This document shows, piece by piece, positions 35,554-46,028 of a stretch of 64,000 bases of DNA. Under the pieces are notes generated by a model that searched no databases, was not told the DNA's origin, and worked only from the letters and a program-made list of their open reading frames with translations. This DNA is from an uncultured Clostridia bacterium. Its GTDB lineage: Bacteria > Bacillota > Clostridia > Christensenellales > UBA1242. The translations under genes were made by a program, and so were the position numbers. Location: contig CANPYI010000007.1 in NCBI GenBank assembly GCA_947588355.1, forward strand, positions 601-64,600. The letters are read 5' to 3'. The stretch's first letter is position 1. Every line of letters begins with the position of its first letter.

Positions 35554-38500
35554 CTATCCAACCACAATATTTTCATTTCCAATAATTCCGGAAAGTTCAT
35601 TTAAAAGATAGTTGTTTATTTGAACTGTTTGTTGATAAACAAAAGTTTTGTCAGTGTAGGTGCATTTTATCACAACCTTGCAATCGCCTGGATAAGATGC
35701 AATGGAATTTTTGACACGTGTGTAAATATCCGGGTCTTTTGTGTTGAAACGCAAACAAAGTCTTTCAGTTTTGTTTGTTTGTGCAGGGCTTTTTTCGTCG
35801 TCTTCTTTCCAAAGAACAAAATTGTCTGCCACAAGCGATGGTGCCATTCCGTCCCGAATGTTTATTTTGCCACGAATTGTCACAAGATTGTCCTCCTCAA
35901 GTATAGAACGATATCTTGTGAAAGCATTTGAAAACACCGTAACTTCCATTGTGCCTTTAAGGTCCTCAACCTTTAAATAGCACATTTCTTTGCCGTTTTT
36001 GGAACGCTTGCGATTCACTTCAGTGATTATTCCGCCGCAAATCACTTGTTGGCCGTCATAAAGGTCAAACTCATTTGCCAACTGTTGTTCTTCATTTTCG
36101 TCGTCGATATTTTCTTCGTTGTCGACATGCAACATCTCTGACGAAAAATTAAAGTCGTCAAATTTTTTCAAGTATGATTGCAAAGGGTGGCCGCTCATGT
36201 AAACGCCTATGATATCACGCTCATTTTTAAGCAAAGTTTTTTTGTTAAATTCTTTTATATTTGGATAATCAACGGTATCAACAATTTGATTTTCCCCAAA
36301 GAAAGATATTTGGCCAAGTTGTCCACTTTTTTTGTCTTTGACTGCTCGGTCAATTATTTTTTCATACACTGCCATGTATTGCGAACGATTATATCCAAAG
36401 CAATCAAATGCCCCGCTTAAAATCAAACACTCAATCGCTTTTTTGTTTATGCCGCCAACAGAAACAGCGCGCGTCAAAAAGTCCTCAAACGATTTATATT
36501 CGCCGTTTTGCTCTCGCTCTTTGATTATGCTTTCAGTGACCGCCAAACCCACATGCTTAAGTCCTGCAAGCCCAAATCTTATTGCATGACCTTCGGTCTT
36601 AAAGTAGGAGCCGGATTTGTTGATGTGTGGTGGCAAAGGTTCAATACCTTCACTGCGTGCAAAAGAGACATATTTTTTAAGTTCATCTGCTTTGTCGATA
36701 CGGTTGTTTAGGACTGCGGTCAAAAATTCAGTCTCATAATAGCACTTCAAGTAGGCAGTTTGATATGCAACATATGCGTAAGCCGCCGCGTGAGATTTGT
36801 TGAACGCATATTTGGCAAATTCTTTCATCTCATCAAATATTTTTTCAGCGACCTCTTTTTTGTGGCCAAGTTTTATCGCACCAGGAATGGAATGCTTGCC
36901 ACTTGGATCTTCCCAGCCATTGATAAACTTCACTCGCTCGGCATCAATCTTGTCGACTTGCTTTTTGCCCATAATACGCCTGATGTTGTCCGCTTGTCCA
37001 AGACTGTAGCCTCCCATAACCTGAACGATTTTCATGACTTGCTCTTGATAAACTATACAGCCATATGTGACGTTCAAAATATCTTCCAAACATGGATCGT
37101 CATATGTGACTTGGTCTGGATTTGCCTTGTTTTTGACAAATTTTGGAATGGAATCCATGGGCCCTGGTCGATACATCGACACACCGGCGATGATATCTTC
37201 CAAACAGTTTGGTTTGAGGTCTCTCATAAACTTTTTCATGCCGGCACTTTCAAGTTGAAACACCGCATCAGTTTTTCCGGCAGCAATCATGTTGTACACA
37301 TTTTGGTCGTTGTACTCCATGTTGTAAAAATCGATTTTGATATTGTGATTTTCATAAATATAATCACACGCTTTTTTTATATCGGTTAGGTTGGCAAGCC
37401 CCAAAAAGTCCATTTTCAAAAGTCCAAGGTGCTCAAGTTCTATCATGCTGTATTGTGTCACGCGCTCGTTGTCAGTTTTTGCAACCGGGACATAGTTTGT
37501 GACATCTTCGGGCGCAATCAAAATTCCGCAAGCATGCTGAGAAGTGTTTCTTGGAACGCCCTCAAGTTTGTTGGCGATATCAATGATTTTCCTCATATGA
37601 GGGTCGTTGTCATAGACCTCTCTAAGTTCCGGAATGATAAACTTATCGTTTTCCGGCTTGCCTGTAAGTCCAAAATAATATTTCAGTACTGGTGGCTTTT
37701 TTATGCCATCTGGCAATTTGTTTGGTATCAGTTTTGTCAAACGCATAACATCTGGAATAGGTGTTTTCATAACGCGTGCCACATCGCGAATGGCATTTTT
37801 TGCTTGCATACAACCAAAAGTTCCAATGCCGGCAACATGACTTTCGCCGTATCGGCGTTTGACATATTCAACAACTTCTCCACGACGTTCAGTACAAAAA
37901 TCGACGTCAAAGTCGGGCATAGAAACACGTTCTTTGTTGATAAAACGCTCGAAGAACAAATTATAACGCATTGGATCAACGCGCGTAATTCCAGACGTGT
38001 ATGCCACCAAACTTCCGGCACCGCTTCCACGACCCGGCCCAACAGGAATGCCAACTTGATTGGCGTAGTTGATGTAATCCCACACAATCAAAAAGTACTC
38101 CACAAATCCTTGGTCATTGATTATTTTCAGTTCCATTTCAAGACGGTCAATAAGTTCTTGTGTGATTGTTTTGTAATTTTTGTGCAAGCCCTCATAAGAA
38201 ATCCTGCGCAAAAACTCATAAGGCTCTTCGCCGGTGCTTGTAACGTACTTTGGAATGTGGTTTTTGTTTGAAGGCAGTTTATATTTTTCGTCTATGCCAT
38301 AAACTTCTCCCAAAGATTTTGTTTGAATGACAACATCGCACTTTTGGGCAATTTCAAGTGTTGTTTCAAGAGCCTCCTCGTATCCAGCCATCGCTTCCAG
38401 CATTTCGTCATATGTTTTCAAATAAAATTCGTTTGTGGGAAATTTCATTCGGTCTTCGTCATCAACAAATTTGCCCATTTGGATACACATCAAAACATCT

Positions 38501-39150
38501 TGAAGTTCGGCATCATCTTTATTGAGATAATGCACATCGTTTGTGGCCACAAGTTTTATGCCAAATTTTTTTGATATTTCAGAAAGATATTGATTGACAA
38601 TTTTTTGCTCAGGTATGCCATGATTTTGCACTTCAAGATAAAAATCTCCGTCGTCAAACATGCTTTTAAGTTTAAGTGCCAACGCATCTGCTTCGTCAAA
38701 ACGACGCTGCAAAATAAGATTTGGAATATGCCCTGCAAGACAAGCAGAAAGACAAATCACTCCTTTTGAATGCTGTGCAAGTGTTTGGTAGTCAATACGT
38801 GGCTTGTAATAAAAACCATCACAAAAGGCGATTTCATTAAGTTTCATCAAGTTTTTGTAGCCTTCGTTGTTTTTTGCAAGCAAAATAATGTGTCCGATAT
38901 CATCTTTTCCTTGTTTTCTGGTCAAATCATTGCAGATATAAAACTCGCAGCCCAAAATAGGCTTTATGCCCGCCTTTATGCATTCTTCATAAAAAGCCAA
39001 AGCACCATACATATTGCCATGGTCAGTGATTGCCACAGCGCTGTATCCACGCTCTTTTGTATAGTCCACAAGTTTGTTTATGCGGGCAATTCCGTCAAGC
39101 AAAGAATATTCCGTATGTACATGCAGATGCACAAAATCTTTTTTATCCAC
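35554..39150 (-). CDS. dnaE: DNA polymerase III alpha subunit
   Basis: 1198 aa; N-terminal PHP domain (HLHVHTEYSLLDG), PDFDVDF catalytic motif, C-terminal OB fold. Confidence 0.95.
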   Translation of the reverse strand: MDKKDFVHLHVHTEYSLLDGIARINKLVDYTKERGYSAVAITDHGNMYGALAFYEECIKAGIKPILGCEFYICNDLTRKQGKDDIGHIILLAKNNEGYKNLMKLNEIAFCDGFYYKPRIDYQTLAQHSKGVICLSACLAGHIPNLILQRRFDEADALALKLKSMFDDGDFYLEVQNHGIPEQKIVNQYLSEISKKFGIKLVATNDVHYLNKDDAELQDVLMCIQMGKFVDDEDRMKFPTNEFYLKTYDEMLEAMAGYEEALETTLEIAQKCDVVIQTKSLGEVYGIDEKYKLPSNKNHIPKYVTSTGEEPYEFLRRISYEGLHKNYKTITQELIDRLEMELKIINDQGFVEYFLIVWDYINYANQVGIPVGPGRGSGAGSLVAYTSGITRVDPMRYNLFFERFINKERVSMPDFDVDFCTERRGEVVEYVKRRYGESHVAGIGTFGCMQAKNAIRDVARVMKTPIPDVMRLTKLIPNKLPDGIKKPPVLKYYFGLTGKPENDKFIIPELREVYDNDPHMRKIIDIANKLEGVPRNTSQHACGILIAPEDVTNYVPVAKTDNERVTQYSMIELEHLGLLKMDFLGLANLTDIKKACDYIYENHNIKIDFYNMEYNDQNVYNMIAAGKTDAVFQLESAGMKKFMRDLKPNCLEDIIAGVSMYRPGPMDSIPKFVKNKANPDQVTYDDPCLEDILNVTYGCIVYQEQVMKIVQVMGGYSLGQADNIRRIMGKKQVDKIDAERVKFINGWEDPSGKHSIPGAIKLGHKKEVAEKIFDEMKEFAKYAFNKSHAAAYAYVAYQTAYLKCYYETEFLTAVLNNRIDKADELKKYVSFARSEGIEPLPPHINKSGSYFKTEGHAIRFGLAGLKHVGLAVTESIIKEREQNGEYKSFEDFLTRAVSVGGINKKAIECLILSGAFDCFGYNRSQYMAVYEKIIDRAVKDKKSGQLGQISFFGENQIVDTVDYPNIKEFNKKTLLKNERDIIGVYMSGHPLQSYLKKFDDFNFSSEMLHVDNEENIDDENEEQQLANEFDLYDGQQVICGGIITEVNRKRSKNGKEMCYLKVEDLKGTMEVTVFSNAFTRYRSILEEDNLVTIRGKINIRDGMAPSLVADNFVLWKEDDEKSPAQTNKTERLCLRFNTKDPDIYTRVKNSIASYPGDCKVVIKCTYTDKTFVYQQTVQINNYLLNELSGIIGNENIVVG

Positions 39151-39153
39151 TGC

Positions 39154-40122
39154 CTACTCCTCCAAGTTTTCTGCAATTTTAATTAGTTTTCTAAATCTGT
39201 GTGCAAGTCCCGACCTTGTCAACTTGATTGTGGAAAGTTTCAGTAGTTCGTCCAAACTTTCTTCGGGATTGGCGAGTCTTAAAACAGCAACCTCTTGCAA
39301 ATCTTCCGGCAAACTTTCCAAGCCTATGGTTTCCTCAATTGCGTTGATTGCTGACGTTTGCTTAAAACTTGCCTCAACTGTTTTGTTTATGTTGGCATTT
39401 ATGCAATTCACCTGCCTGTTGACCTTGTTTCTAAGTTCTCGCGTCACAATTTCGTTGGAAAGTTGCAAAACACTGTTGTTGGCGCCCAAAAGAGCCAAAA
39501 GGTCTTGAATTGTTTGAGCATCTTTGATATAAAGCACAAACGAGTTTTTGCGCTCAAAAATTTTTCCGATTATACCATATTCGGCCAAAATGTGAGAAAG
39601 TTCGGTCAAAAATGAATGACTTTGACTGGAAAATTCCATATGATATCCCGATCCGCAACTTTGCGCTACACCGTCTGACAACTTTATACTCGATGTGCCA
39701 GCACCTATGTATGCTCCACGCAAAAAAGCACGTTTTGTTTCATCTTCAAACAAAAGATTCTGGTCAAGGTCAAGTTTCAAACTTATTTGCCCGTCCAAAA
39801 CATCTATAATGCCAACATTCAAAAGCATATTCTTAAATTTTTCAAGTTCAAATGAAATTTCATAGTAAGTGTTTTTGTTTATGTTGTAATTTTCTGAAAT
39901 TTCTGGAGAAATGGTCTGTCCAAAGTATTTTTTCAAAAGTTTATTGACAAAATCAAAAAGTTGCTCAACGTCTGAAACGATTTTAAAAAACAGTTTGCCA
40001 TCTTTCTTTTCAATTTGTCCACAAGAATGAAAAAGTCCAGACAAAAAAGCAAGTGCCTGTGAGTCGTCCTCAACAACCGTTGTTTTTATTATCTCAACTT
40101 TTGAATCTCTTGAAAAACTCAC
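39154..40122 (-). CDS. whiA: DNA-binding sporulation/cell-division regulator WhiA
   Basis: 322 aa; MSFSRDSKVEI N-terminus, LAGLIDADG-like core, C-terminal HTH (LTRSGLAHRFRKL). Confidence 0.88.
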   Translation of the reverse strand: MSFSRDSKVEIIKTTVVEDDSQALAFLSGLFHSCGQIEKKDGKLFFKIVSDVEQLFDFVNKLLKKYFGQTISPEISENYNINKNTYYEISFELEKFKNMLLNVGIIDVLDGQISLKLDLDQNLLFEDETKRAFLRGAYIGAGTSSIKLSDGVAQSCGSGYHMEFSSQSHSFLTELSHILAEYGIIGKIFERKNSFVLYIKDAQTIQDLLALLGANNSVLQLSNEIVTRELRNKVNRQVNCINANINKTVEASFKQTSAINAIEETIGLESLPEDLQEVAVLRLANPEESLDELLKLSTIKLTRSGLAHRFRKLIKIAENLEE

Positions 40123-40132
40123 TTATTTCTCC

Positions 40133-40897
40133 TTAATTTCCACGTTTTTTGTGAAATTTTGGTAATTTGTCTATATTTCCGACCTGCGAAAGAGGTATTC
40201 CAAGCCTGTAAATCAAATTCATGGCACTGTTCACTTCGCCAACTCTTTCTGGACGATGTGCGTCACTGTCGCAAATAAATTTCACACCTTCGCTTGCCAT
40301 AATCTGCATTTCCTCATCTGTAAAATTGATGTGCTTGCCGTTGAGTTCAACGTACACACCCTTTTGTTTTGCCATTTTTGCCACGGCAATAGTGTCAGTT
40401 TCAAATCCATAATTAAGATGTGTGATAATATCGATTGGATACTTGTCCAAAGTTTTTAAAAATGCGGTCGTGTTGCGATTTATTCTTTCCTTGCTTGGAC
40501 GAAACACTTCGCTATATATGTTTGCCCAATTCAGGAGAGCCTTATCCCGCAAAGAATTCATATGCGCAAAGCGGTGATGCCCGACCAAAAGAATATCCAA
40601 AAATTCATAATCCTCTTCTTTGATATCTATATCGCCATCAAGCGAAATAAGATTGGCTTCCACGCCAAGCAAAATATCCACGCCTGTGATTTCTTTGGCA
40701 TTTAATATATCTTCTTGCAGTTGTGGAATTTTGTTGCGACGAACAGAAAAAAATTCGTGATTAAAGCCATGGTCTGTGATGGCGATTTGCTTCAGCCCTT
40801 TATCAGCAGCAACTGAGGCATTTTCAAGCACGGTTCCTTTTCCATGATTAAATCTTGAATATATCGTGTGTGTATGATAATCTCCGTATAAAAGCAT
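40133..40897 (-). CDS. PHP-domain phosphoesterase
   Basis: YGDYHTHTIYS, ITDHG, SDAHRP metal-binding motifs. Confidence 0.8.
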   Translation of the reverse strand: MLLYGDYHTHTIYSRFNHGKGTVLENASVAADKGLKQIAITDHGFNHEFFSVRRNKIPQLQEDILNAKEITGVDILLGVEANLISLDGDIDIKEEDYEFLDILLVGHHRFAHMNSLRDKALLNWANIYSEVFRPSKERINRNTTAFLKTLDKYPIDIITHLNYGFETDTIAVAKMAKQKGVYVELNGKHINFTDEEMQIMASEGVKFICDSDAHRPERVGEVNSAMNLIYRLGIPLSQVGNIDKLPKFHKKRGN

Positions 40898-40945
40898 TGC
40901 TTTTCCCTTCTATTTTTATTTTTTCAATTTTTACAATAAATAAGA

Positions 40946-41401
40946 TTATTCTTTCGTCAAATCGTCATATTTTATCAATTTCACGCCTGCCTCATCACAG
41001 ATTTCACGCGCAAAATCGTCTGGATATCCCTCTTTGTAAATAACTTCCTTTATTCCTGCGTTTATGATCATCTTGGCGCAAACAACACAAGGTTGATGTG
41101 TGCAATAAAGTGTGCAGCCCTTCAAACTTATCCCCTCGCGTGCTGCTTGAATGATGGCATTTTGCTCGGCATGTGCGGCATAACAAGTTTCCGCATGAGT
41201 GCCACTAGGAATATTAAGTTTTGTCCTTAAACAAAAGCCACGTTCAATACAAGTTTTCACTCCCGCAGGTGCGCCATTATAGCCTGTCGTCATGATACGC
41301 TTGTCCCGAACAATAACCGCACCAACTTGACGCCTTATACAACTTGACCACGTTGCAACATGTTCTGTCAGCTCCATAAATCTTTTATGCCATTTGTCCA
41401 T
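40946..41401 (-). CDS. comEB: dCMP deaminase (ComEB-type)
   Basis: HAEQNAI and PCVVCAK zinc motifs; start at MDKWHKRF behind AAGGAGG. Confidence 0.85.
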   Translation of the reverse strand: MDKWHKRFMELTEHVATWSSCIRRQVGAVIVRDKRIMTTGYNGAPAGVKTCIERGFCLRTKLNIPSGTHAETCYAAHAEQNAIIQAAREGISLKGCTLYCTHQPCVVCAKMIINAGIKEVIYKEGYPDDFAREICDEAGVKLIKYDDLTKE

Positions 41402-42278
41402 TTTGTTCCTCCTTAAGCACCACAATTTCTCTTTCAACATTCACTCCAATTTCGGCAAGTTTCTGCTCCAAAAAAACGATTAAATTCAAAACATCGGCAC
41501 TTGTGGCGTTTCCACAATTTACAATAAAACCGGCATGTTTTGTTGAAACCTCTGCTCCCCCTATTTTAACACCTTTTAGGTGCATTTTGTCAATCAATTT
41601 GGCAGGGTGAATTTCAGGTTTTGTTTTTATCACTTTAAACACACTTCCAAGCGAGGGCATTTCACACGGCTGTTTTTCTCGCTTCAAATTTAAGTAAAAA
41701 TCCATATTTTGTTTTATTTTGTCGGGTTTTTCCGCAAAAAGTTGCAATTTTGCGCTCAAAACAACGCAATTCTGCAAATTTGAATGCCGATAAGAAAAGT
41801 CACAATCCTCTGCTTTTAAGACAAAAATCCTGTCGTTTTTAAGCACTTTGACTTCTTGAACAAATTCGCAAATTTCGTGTTCAAAACAGCCGCCATTCAT
41901 CACCAAAAAACCACCTATGGTTGCAGGAATTCCATAACAAAATTCCAATCCCGACAAACCATGTTTGCAAAGCGCCATATTCAATGCAAAAAGATTGACC
42001 CCTGCCGACACTTCAACAACATTATTTTCCAAAAAGGTGATATCTTGCATTTTTTTGAGGCAAATTATCGCTCCGGAAAACCCCTTATCATCAAACAAAA
42101 CATTGCTTCCGTTACCTAAAATAAACGTTTTTATGTCATTTTTGCGGCAAATTTGCAAATTTTTTTTTATTTCATCAGCATTTTTTGGAAAAATAATATA
42201 TTTTGCTTTCCCGCCAACTTTCATTGTAGAGAAGTCCTTGAGGTCAGCATTTTCAATAAAATCAAATTTTTCAAACAT
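41385..42278 (-). CDS. murB: UDP-N-acetylenolpyruvoylglucosamine reductase
   Basis: FSTMKVGGKAKY, ILGNGSN, GLSGLEF, SLGSVFK motifs; start taken at ATG 42278, no clear RBS. Confidence 0.85.
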   Translation of the reverse strand: MFEKFDFIENADLKDFSTMKVGGKAKYIIFPKNADEIKKNLQICRKNDIKTFILGNGSNVLFDDKGFSGAIICLKKMQDITFLENNVVEVSAGVNLFALNMALCKHGLSGLEFCYGIPATIGGFLVMNGGCFEHEICEFVQEVKVLKNDRIFVLKAEDCDFSYRHSNLQNCVVLSAKLQLFAEKPDKIKQNMDFYLNLKREKQPCEMPSLGSVFKVIKTKPEIHPAKLIDKMHLKGVKIGGAEVSTKHAGFIVNCGNATSADVLNLIVFLEQKLAEIGVNVEREIVVLKEEQNGQMA

Positions 42279-42340
42279 AAAAATATATATGATTTTTTTA
42301 AAAACTTTACCTAAACACAAATTTAGACGTAAATATAAAT

Positions 42341-42371
42341 AAAAAAAATCTCTTTTTCAAGAGATTTTTTG
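42341..42371 (-). terminator. Terminator at the end of the alpha operon (after rplQ)
   Basis: ATCTCT-tgaaaa-AGAGAT followed by T7-8 on the minus strand. Confidence 0.75.
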
Positions 42372-42881
42372 TTACACCAATTCAACAACTGCCATCTGTG
42401 CAGCATCACCACGACGAGAGCCAAGTTTGATAATTCTTGTGTAGCCACCGCCTTGTCCAGAAGTTTTTGCACGTTCAGCATATTTTGGTGCATAAACATT
42501 GAATATCTTCTCCAAAAGTGGATGATTGATACCTTCAATACGAGCCTTGTACGCTTGCATACTTTCTTTTGGCTTTCTTTGTTCTTGCACGTCATAAACA
42601 TAGCCCATAATCTTTCTGCGAGCAGCAAGTTTTTTTGGACCGTCATTAAGAACTTCTTTTTTCACTTTTTTGCCGTCAGCACCTTTGATGTCCTTGACAA
42701 CTTTCAAAGTGTCTTCATAAGAATTGATTGCCAAAGTGATGATTTTTTCAGCGATTCTTGCAGTTGATTTTGCTTTTGCAAGAGTTGTTTCAAGCCTTCC
42801 GTTCCAAAGCAGAGCGGAAACTTGACCGCGAAGCATTGCATCTCTTTCTTTTGAAGGTCTGCCTAATTTATCGTTAGCCAT
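42372..42881 (-). CDS. rplQ: 50S ribosomal protein L17 (with internal insertion)
   Basis: KLGRPSKERDAMLR...GGYTRIIKLGSRRGDAAQMAVVELV; about 50 extra residues in the middle compared with Bacillus L17. Confidence 0.9.
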   Translation of the reverse strand: MANDKLGRPSKERDAMLRGQVSALLWNGRLETTLAKAKSTARIAEKIITLAINSYEDTLKVVKDIKGADGKKVKKEVLNDGPKKLAARRKIMGYVYDVQEQRKPKESMQAYKARIEGINHPLLEKIFNVYAPKYAERAKTSGQGGGYTRIIKLGSRRGDAAQMAVVELV

Positions 42882-42958
42882 TATTTTTCTCCTTACGGGC
42901 ATTTTGCCCTTTTTTTATTGTTTTGTTGGAAACAAACCAACATAAAGTGAAATTTCAC

Positions 42959-43912
42959 TTATTCTTCTTCTTTTCGAAGTGAAAAACCATAACTTTCAAG
43001 TTTTTGAATGACTTCTTCAACAGATTTTGCACCCAAGTTGCGAACCTTGAACATGTCGCTTCTTGTCTTTTTCAACAAGTCTTGAATAGTGTTCAAACCT
43101 GCACGTTTCAAGCAGTTGTAAGAGCGAACTGAAAGGTCCATTTCTTCAATAGGAAGTTCCATAAGTTTCACTTGTTTGTCTTCTTCACGAGAAAGCAAGA
43201 TTGTCATATCGCTCATCTCGGCACAAAGTTCGATAAACAAATTTACGTGTTCGTTGATGATTTTTCCCGCCAAAGAAACGATTTCACGAGCGGTTGTTGT
43301 GCCATTTGTGGTCACTTCCAAAGTGAGTTTGTCGTAGTCAATGCTTTGTCCAACACGAGTTGCACTTACATTGAAGTTGACTTTTTTGACTGGTGAAAAG
43401 ATACTGTCAACAGCAATAAAGTCAATATCATCAAATTTTGCTTTATTTTCTTCGGAAGGAACATATCCACGGCCGTTGCCAATCATAACATCAAGGTCAA
43501 ACACGGCGCCTTCGTCCATTGTGCAGATGTGAAGGTCAGGATTGAGCACTTCAACTTGGTCGTTGCTTTCAAAATCTTTTGCAGTAACCTCTCCCGCTTT
43601 GTTTTTACGAAGTTTAAGGTAGGTGACAAAATTTTTGTCTTGATTTGAGCATTTTACTGCCAAACTTTTAAGATTCAAAACAATGTCAACAACATCTTCA
43701 GTAATTCCGCGAATTGTAGAAAATTCGTGTGAAACGCCTGCAATACGGAATGCAATCACAGCGGAACCAGGAAGTGAGGACAAAAGTGTTCTTCTCATGC
43801 AGTTTCCAAGAGTGATGCCGTAACCCTTTTCAAGAGGCTCTACCACAAATCTTGCAAAATTGCCTCCGTCTGTTTCTTCACAAGTGATTTTTGGTTTTTC
43901 CATTTCCATCAT
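42959..43912 (-). CDS. rpoA: DNA-directed RNA polymerase subunit alpha
   Basis: 317 aa; typical RpoA N-terminal domain and C-terminal domain (LSVRSYNCLKRAGLNTIQDL). Confidence 0.95.
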   Translation of the reverse strand: MMEMEKPKITCEETDGGNFARFVVEPLEKGYGITLGNCMRRTLLSSLPGSAVIAFRIAGVSHEFSTIRGITEDVVDIVLNLKSLAVKCSNQDKNFVTYLKLRKNKAGEVTAKDFESNDQVEVLNPDLHICTMDEGAVFDLDVMIGNGRGYVPSEENKAKFDDIDFIAVDSIFSPVKKVNFNVSATRVGQSIDYDKLTLEVTTNGTTTAREIVSLAGKIINEHVNLFIELCAEMSDMTILLSREEDKQVKLMELPIEEMDLSVRSYNCLKRAGLNTIQDLLKKTRSDMFKVRNLGAKSVEEVIQKLESYGFSLRKEEE

Positions 43913-43932
43913 AATTATATTTTCCCCCTATT

Positions 43933-44553
43933 TTATCTTGAATACAACTCGACAATCAGTTGTTCTTTGATGTCGCTGTCAATATCTTCACGCGTTGGAT
44001 TTGCCAAAACTTTTCCTGTCAAGGTTTCGCTGTTGAATTCCAACCATTTTGGCATAACAATCTTCATTCCCTTAAGACCTTTAAACATCTCAAGTTGTTG
44101 TTTGTTTTCCTTAACTGTGATAACGTCACCAGGTTTAACCCTGAAAGATGCGATAGAAACGCGTTTTCCGTTCACACAGATGTGTCCATGATTGACAATC
44201 TGACGGCACTCTGCTCTGGAAGCACCAATGCCCATACGATAAATCACATTGTCAAGACGTCTTTCAATCAAAGAAAGCATTGTTTCGCCGGTTGCACCTT
44301 TACTACGTGAAGCATCTTCAAAATATTTTTCGAATTGTCTTTCCAAAATGCCATACATTCTTTTTACTTTTTGCTTTTCGCGAAGTTGGAGTCCGTATTC
44401 AGTAACCCTTTTACGAGAAGCACCATGTTGGCCAGGAATGACAGGTCGTCTTTCCATAGCACATTTTTTGGTCAAGCATCTTTCTCCCTTAAGAAAAAGT
44501 TTGCGACCTTCTCTACGGCATTGACGGCAATCTGGTTCAATAGTTCTTGCCAT
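43933..44553 (-). CDS. rpsD: 30S ribosomal protein S4
   Basis: 206 aa, CRQCRREG zinc-type N-terminus, S4 domain. Confidence 0.95.
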   Translation of the reverse strand: MARTIEPDCRQCRREGRKLFLKGERCLTKKCAMERRPVIPGQHGASRKRVTEYGLQLREKQKVKRMYGILERQFEKYFEDASRSKGATGETMLSLIERRLDNVIYRMGIGASRAECRQIVNHGHICVNGKRVSIASFRVKPGDVITVKENKQQLEMFKGLKGMKIVMPKWLEFNSETLTGKVLANPTREDIDSDIKEQLIVELYSR

Positions 44554-44568
44554 TTGTCTTTTCTCCTT

Positions 44569-44982
44569 TTAAACTCTTCTTCTTTTTGGAGGTCTGCAAC
44601 CGTTGTGAGCGATTGGAGAAACATCCTTGATAAGTGTGACATTAAAGCCCAATGTGGAAAGAGCACGAATAGCATTTTCTCTGCCATTTCCTGGACCTTT
44701 AACATAAACTTCAACGGATTTCATACCGTTGTCCAAAGCAACTTTACCTGCTTGCTCAACGCAAGTTTGAGCAGCAAATGGAGTGCTTTTCTTGGAGCCT
44801 TTCAGCCCAAGTCTTCCAGATGAGCATGAAGAAATAACATTGCCGTTCATATCTGTGAACACAATGATATTGTTGTTGAAAGAAGTTGTGATATGAACTT
44901 GACCTTTTTCAACATTTCTTGAAACTCTTTTTCTTGTCTTTACAGTTTTCTTTTTTGCTGTAGTTTTAGTGTTTGTTGCCAT
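44569..44982 (-). CDS. rpsK: 30S ribosomal protein S11
   Basis: 137 aa, [14 protein letters not shown]...[13 protein letters not shown]. Confidence 0.95.
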   Translation of the reverse strand: MATNTKTTAKKKTVKTRKRVSRNVEKGQVHITTSFNNNIIVFTDMNGNVISSCSSGRLGLKGSKKSTPFAAQTCVEQAGKVALDNGMKSVEVYVKGPGNGRENAIRALSTLGFNVTLIKDVSPIAHNGCRPPKRRRV

Positions 44983-44992
44983 TGCTCACCTC

Positions 44993-45370
44993 TTACTTAC
45001 CTTTCTTTGAGCTTCCGCTCACGATTCTCTTTGGACCTTTTCTTGTACGTGCGTTGTTTTTTGTGCTTTGTCCACGAACAGGAAGTCCTTTTCTGTGACG
45101 AATACCACGATAGCACCCAATTTCGTTGAGTTTTTTGATATTCATGCTTACTTTTCCTTTAAGTTCGCCTTCCACAACAAGATTATGGTCGATATAGTTA
45201 CGAAGTTTGGCTATCTCATCTTCTGTCAAATCTTTGACACGAACGTCCAAAGAAATTCCTGTCTCTTTGCAGATTTTACGAGATGTTTCAGGTCCAATTC
45301 CGTAGATGTATGTCAAACCATATTCCAACCTTTTTTCTCTTGGAAGGTCAACACCAGCAATTCTCGCCAT
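44993..45370 (-). CDS. rpsM: 30S ribosomal protein S13
   Basis: [14 protein letters not shown]... 125 aa. Confidence 0.95.
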   Translation of the reverse strand: MARIAGVDLPREKRLEYGLTYIYGIGPETSRKICKETGISLDVRVKDLTEDEIAKLRNYIDHNLVVEGELKGKVSMNIKKLNEIGCYRGIRHRKGLPVRGQSTKNNARTRKGPKRIVSGSSKKGK

Positions 45371-45418
45371 TTAATTTTCTCCTTGAAATTTTGTTTTTTT
45401 TGTTTGACAATTTGATTG

Positions 45419-45535
45419 TCAGCCCTGTGTTTGTTTGTGTTTTTTGCTCTTGGAGCAAATAACCATCACTTTGCCATCTCTTTTGATGACTTTGCATTTA
45501 TCACACATAGGCTTTACAGATGCTCTAACTTTCAT
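45419..45535 (-). CDS. rpmJ: 50S ribosomal protein L36
   Basis: Not in the ORF track (38 aa): [38 protein letters not shown], in the expected position between infA and rpsM. Confidence 0.9.
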   Translation of the reverse strand: MKVRASVKPMCDKCKVIKRDGKVMVICSKSKKHKQTQG

Positions 45536-45546
45536 TTTTTGCTCCT

Positions 45547-45771
45547 TTACTGTCCCTTTTCTCGCCAAGTGATGCGTCCCTTGGTGAGATCGTACGGGCT
45601 CATTTCAATTTTCACTTTGTCACCTTCGATAATACGAATGAAATTTTGACGCAGTTTGCCCGAAATGTATGCCGTGATGACATGACCATTGGAAAGTTCT
45701 ACCTTAAAGGTCATGCTTGGCAAAACCTCAATCACCTTTCCTTCAAATTCAATCACATCTTCTTTCGACAT
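45547..45771 (-). CDS. infA: Translation initiation factor IF-1
   Basis: [18 protein letters not shown]...74 aa. Confidence 0.95.
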   Translation of the reverse strand: MSKEDVIEFEGKVIEVLPSMTFKVELSNGHVITAYISGKLRQNFIRIIEGDKVKIEMSPYDLTKGRITWREKGQ

Positions 45772-46028
45772 AAGTTTGTCTCCTTCAAAAAATTTCTGAT
45801 GGCCGCATTGACATTCTCTTGTTCAGATGCAAGTTTTGTTTCGTCAAAACCCACTTTCAAAGCCTTCTGAACATGTTTGAGGCTCTTTTTTTTCGGTTTG
45901 CAAAGTTTCAAGCGGTCACCGTCCACCAAAAAGCAATACTTTTCGTCCAAATCTTTGACCACAAAAAACTGATTTTTTTCTTTTCCCGCAGTGGCAATGA
46001 CCACATCACCTTTTTTGATGTTCATCAT
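45753..46028 (-). CDS. KOW-domain RNA-binding protein
   Basis: 91 aa, [24 protein letters not shown] motif; position between map and infA as in many Clostridia. Confidence 0.7.
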   Translation of the reverse strand: MMNIKKGDVVIATAGKEKNQFFVVKDLDEKYCFLVDGDRLKLCKPKKKSLKHVQKALKVGFDETKLASEQENVNAAIRNFLKETNLCRKKM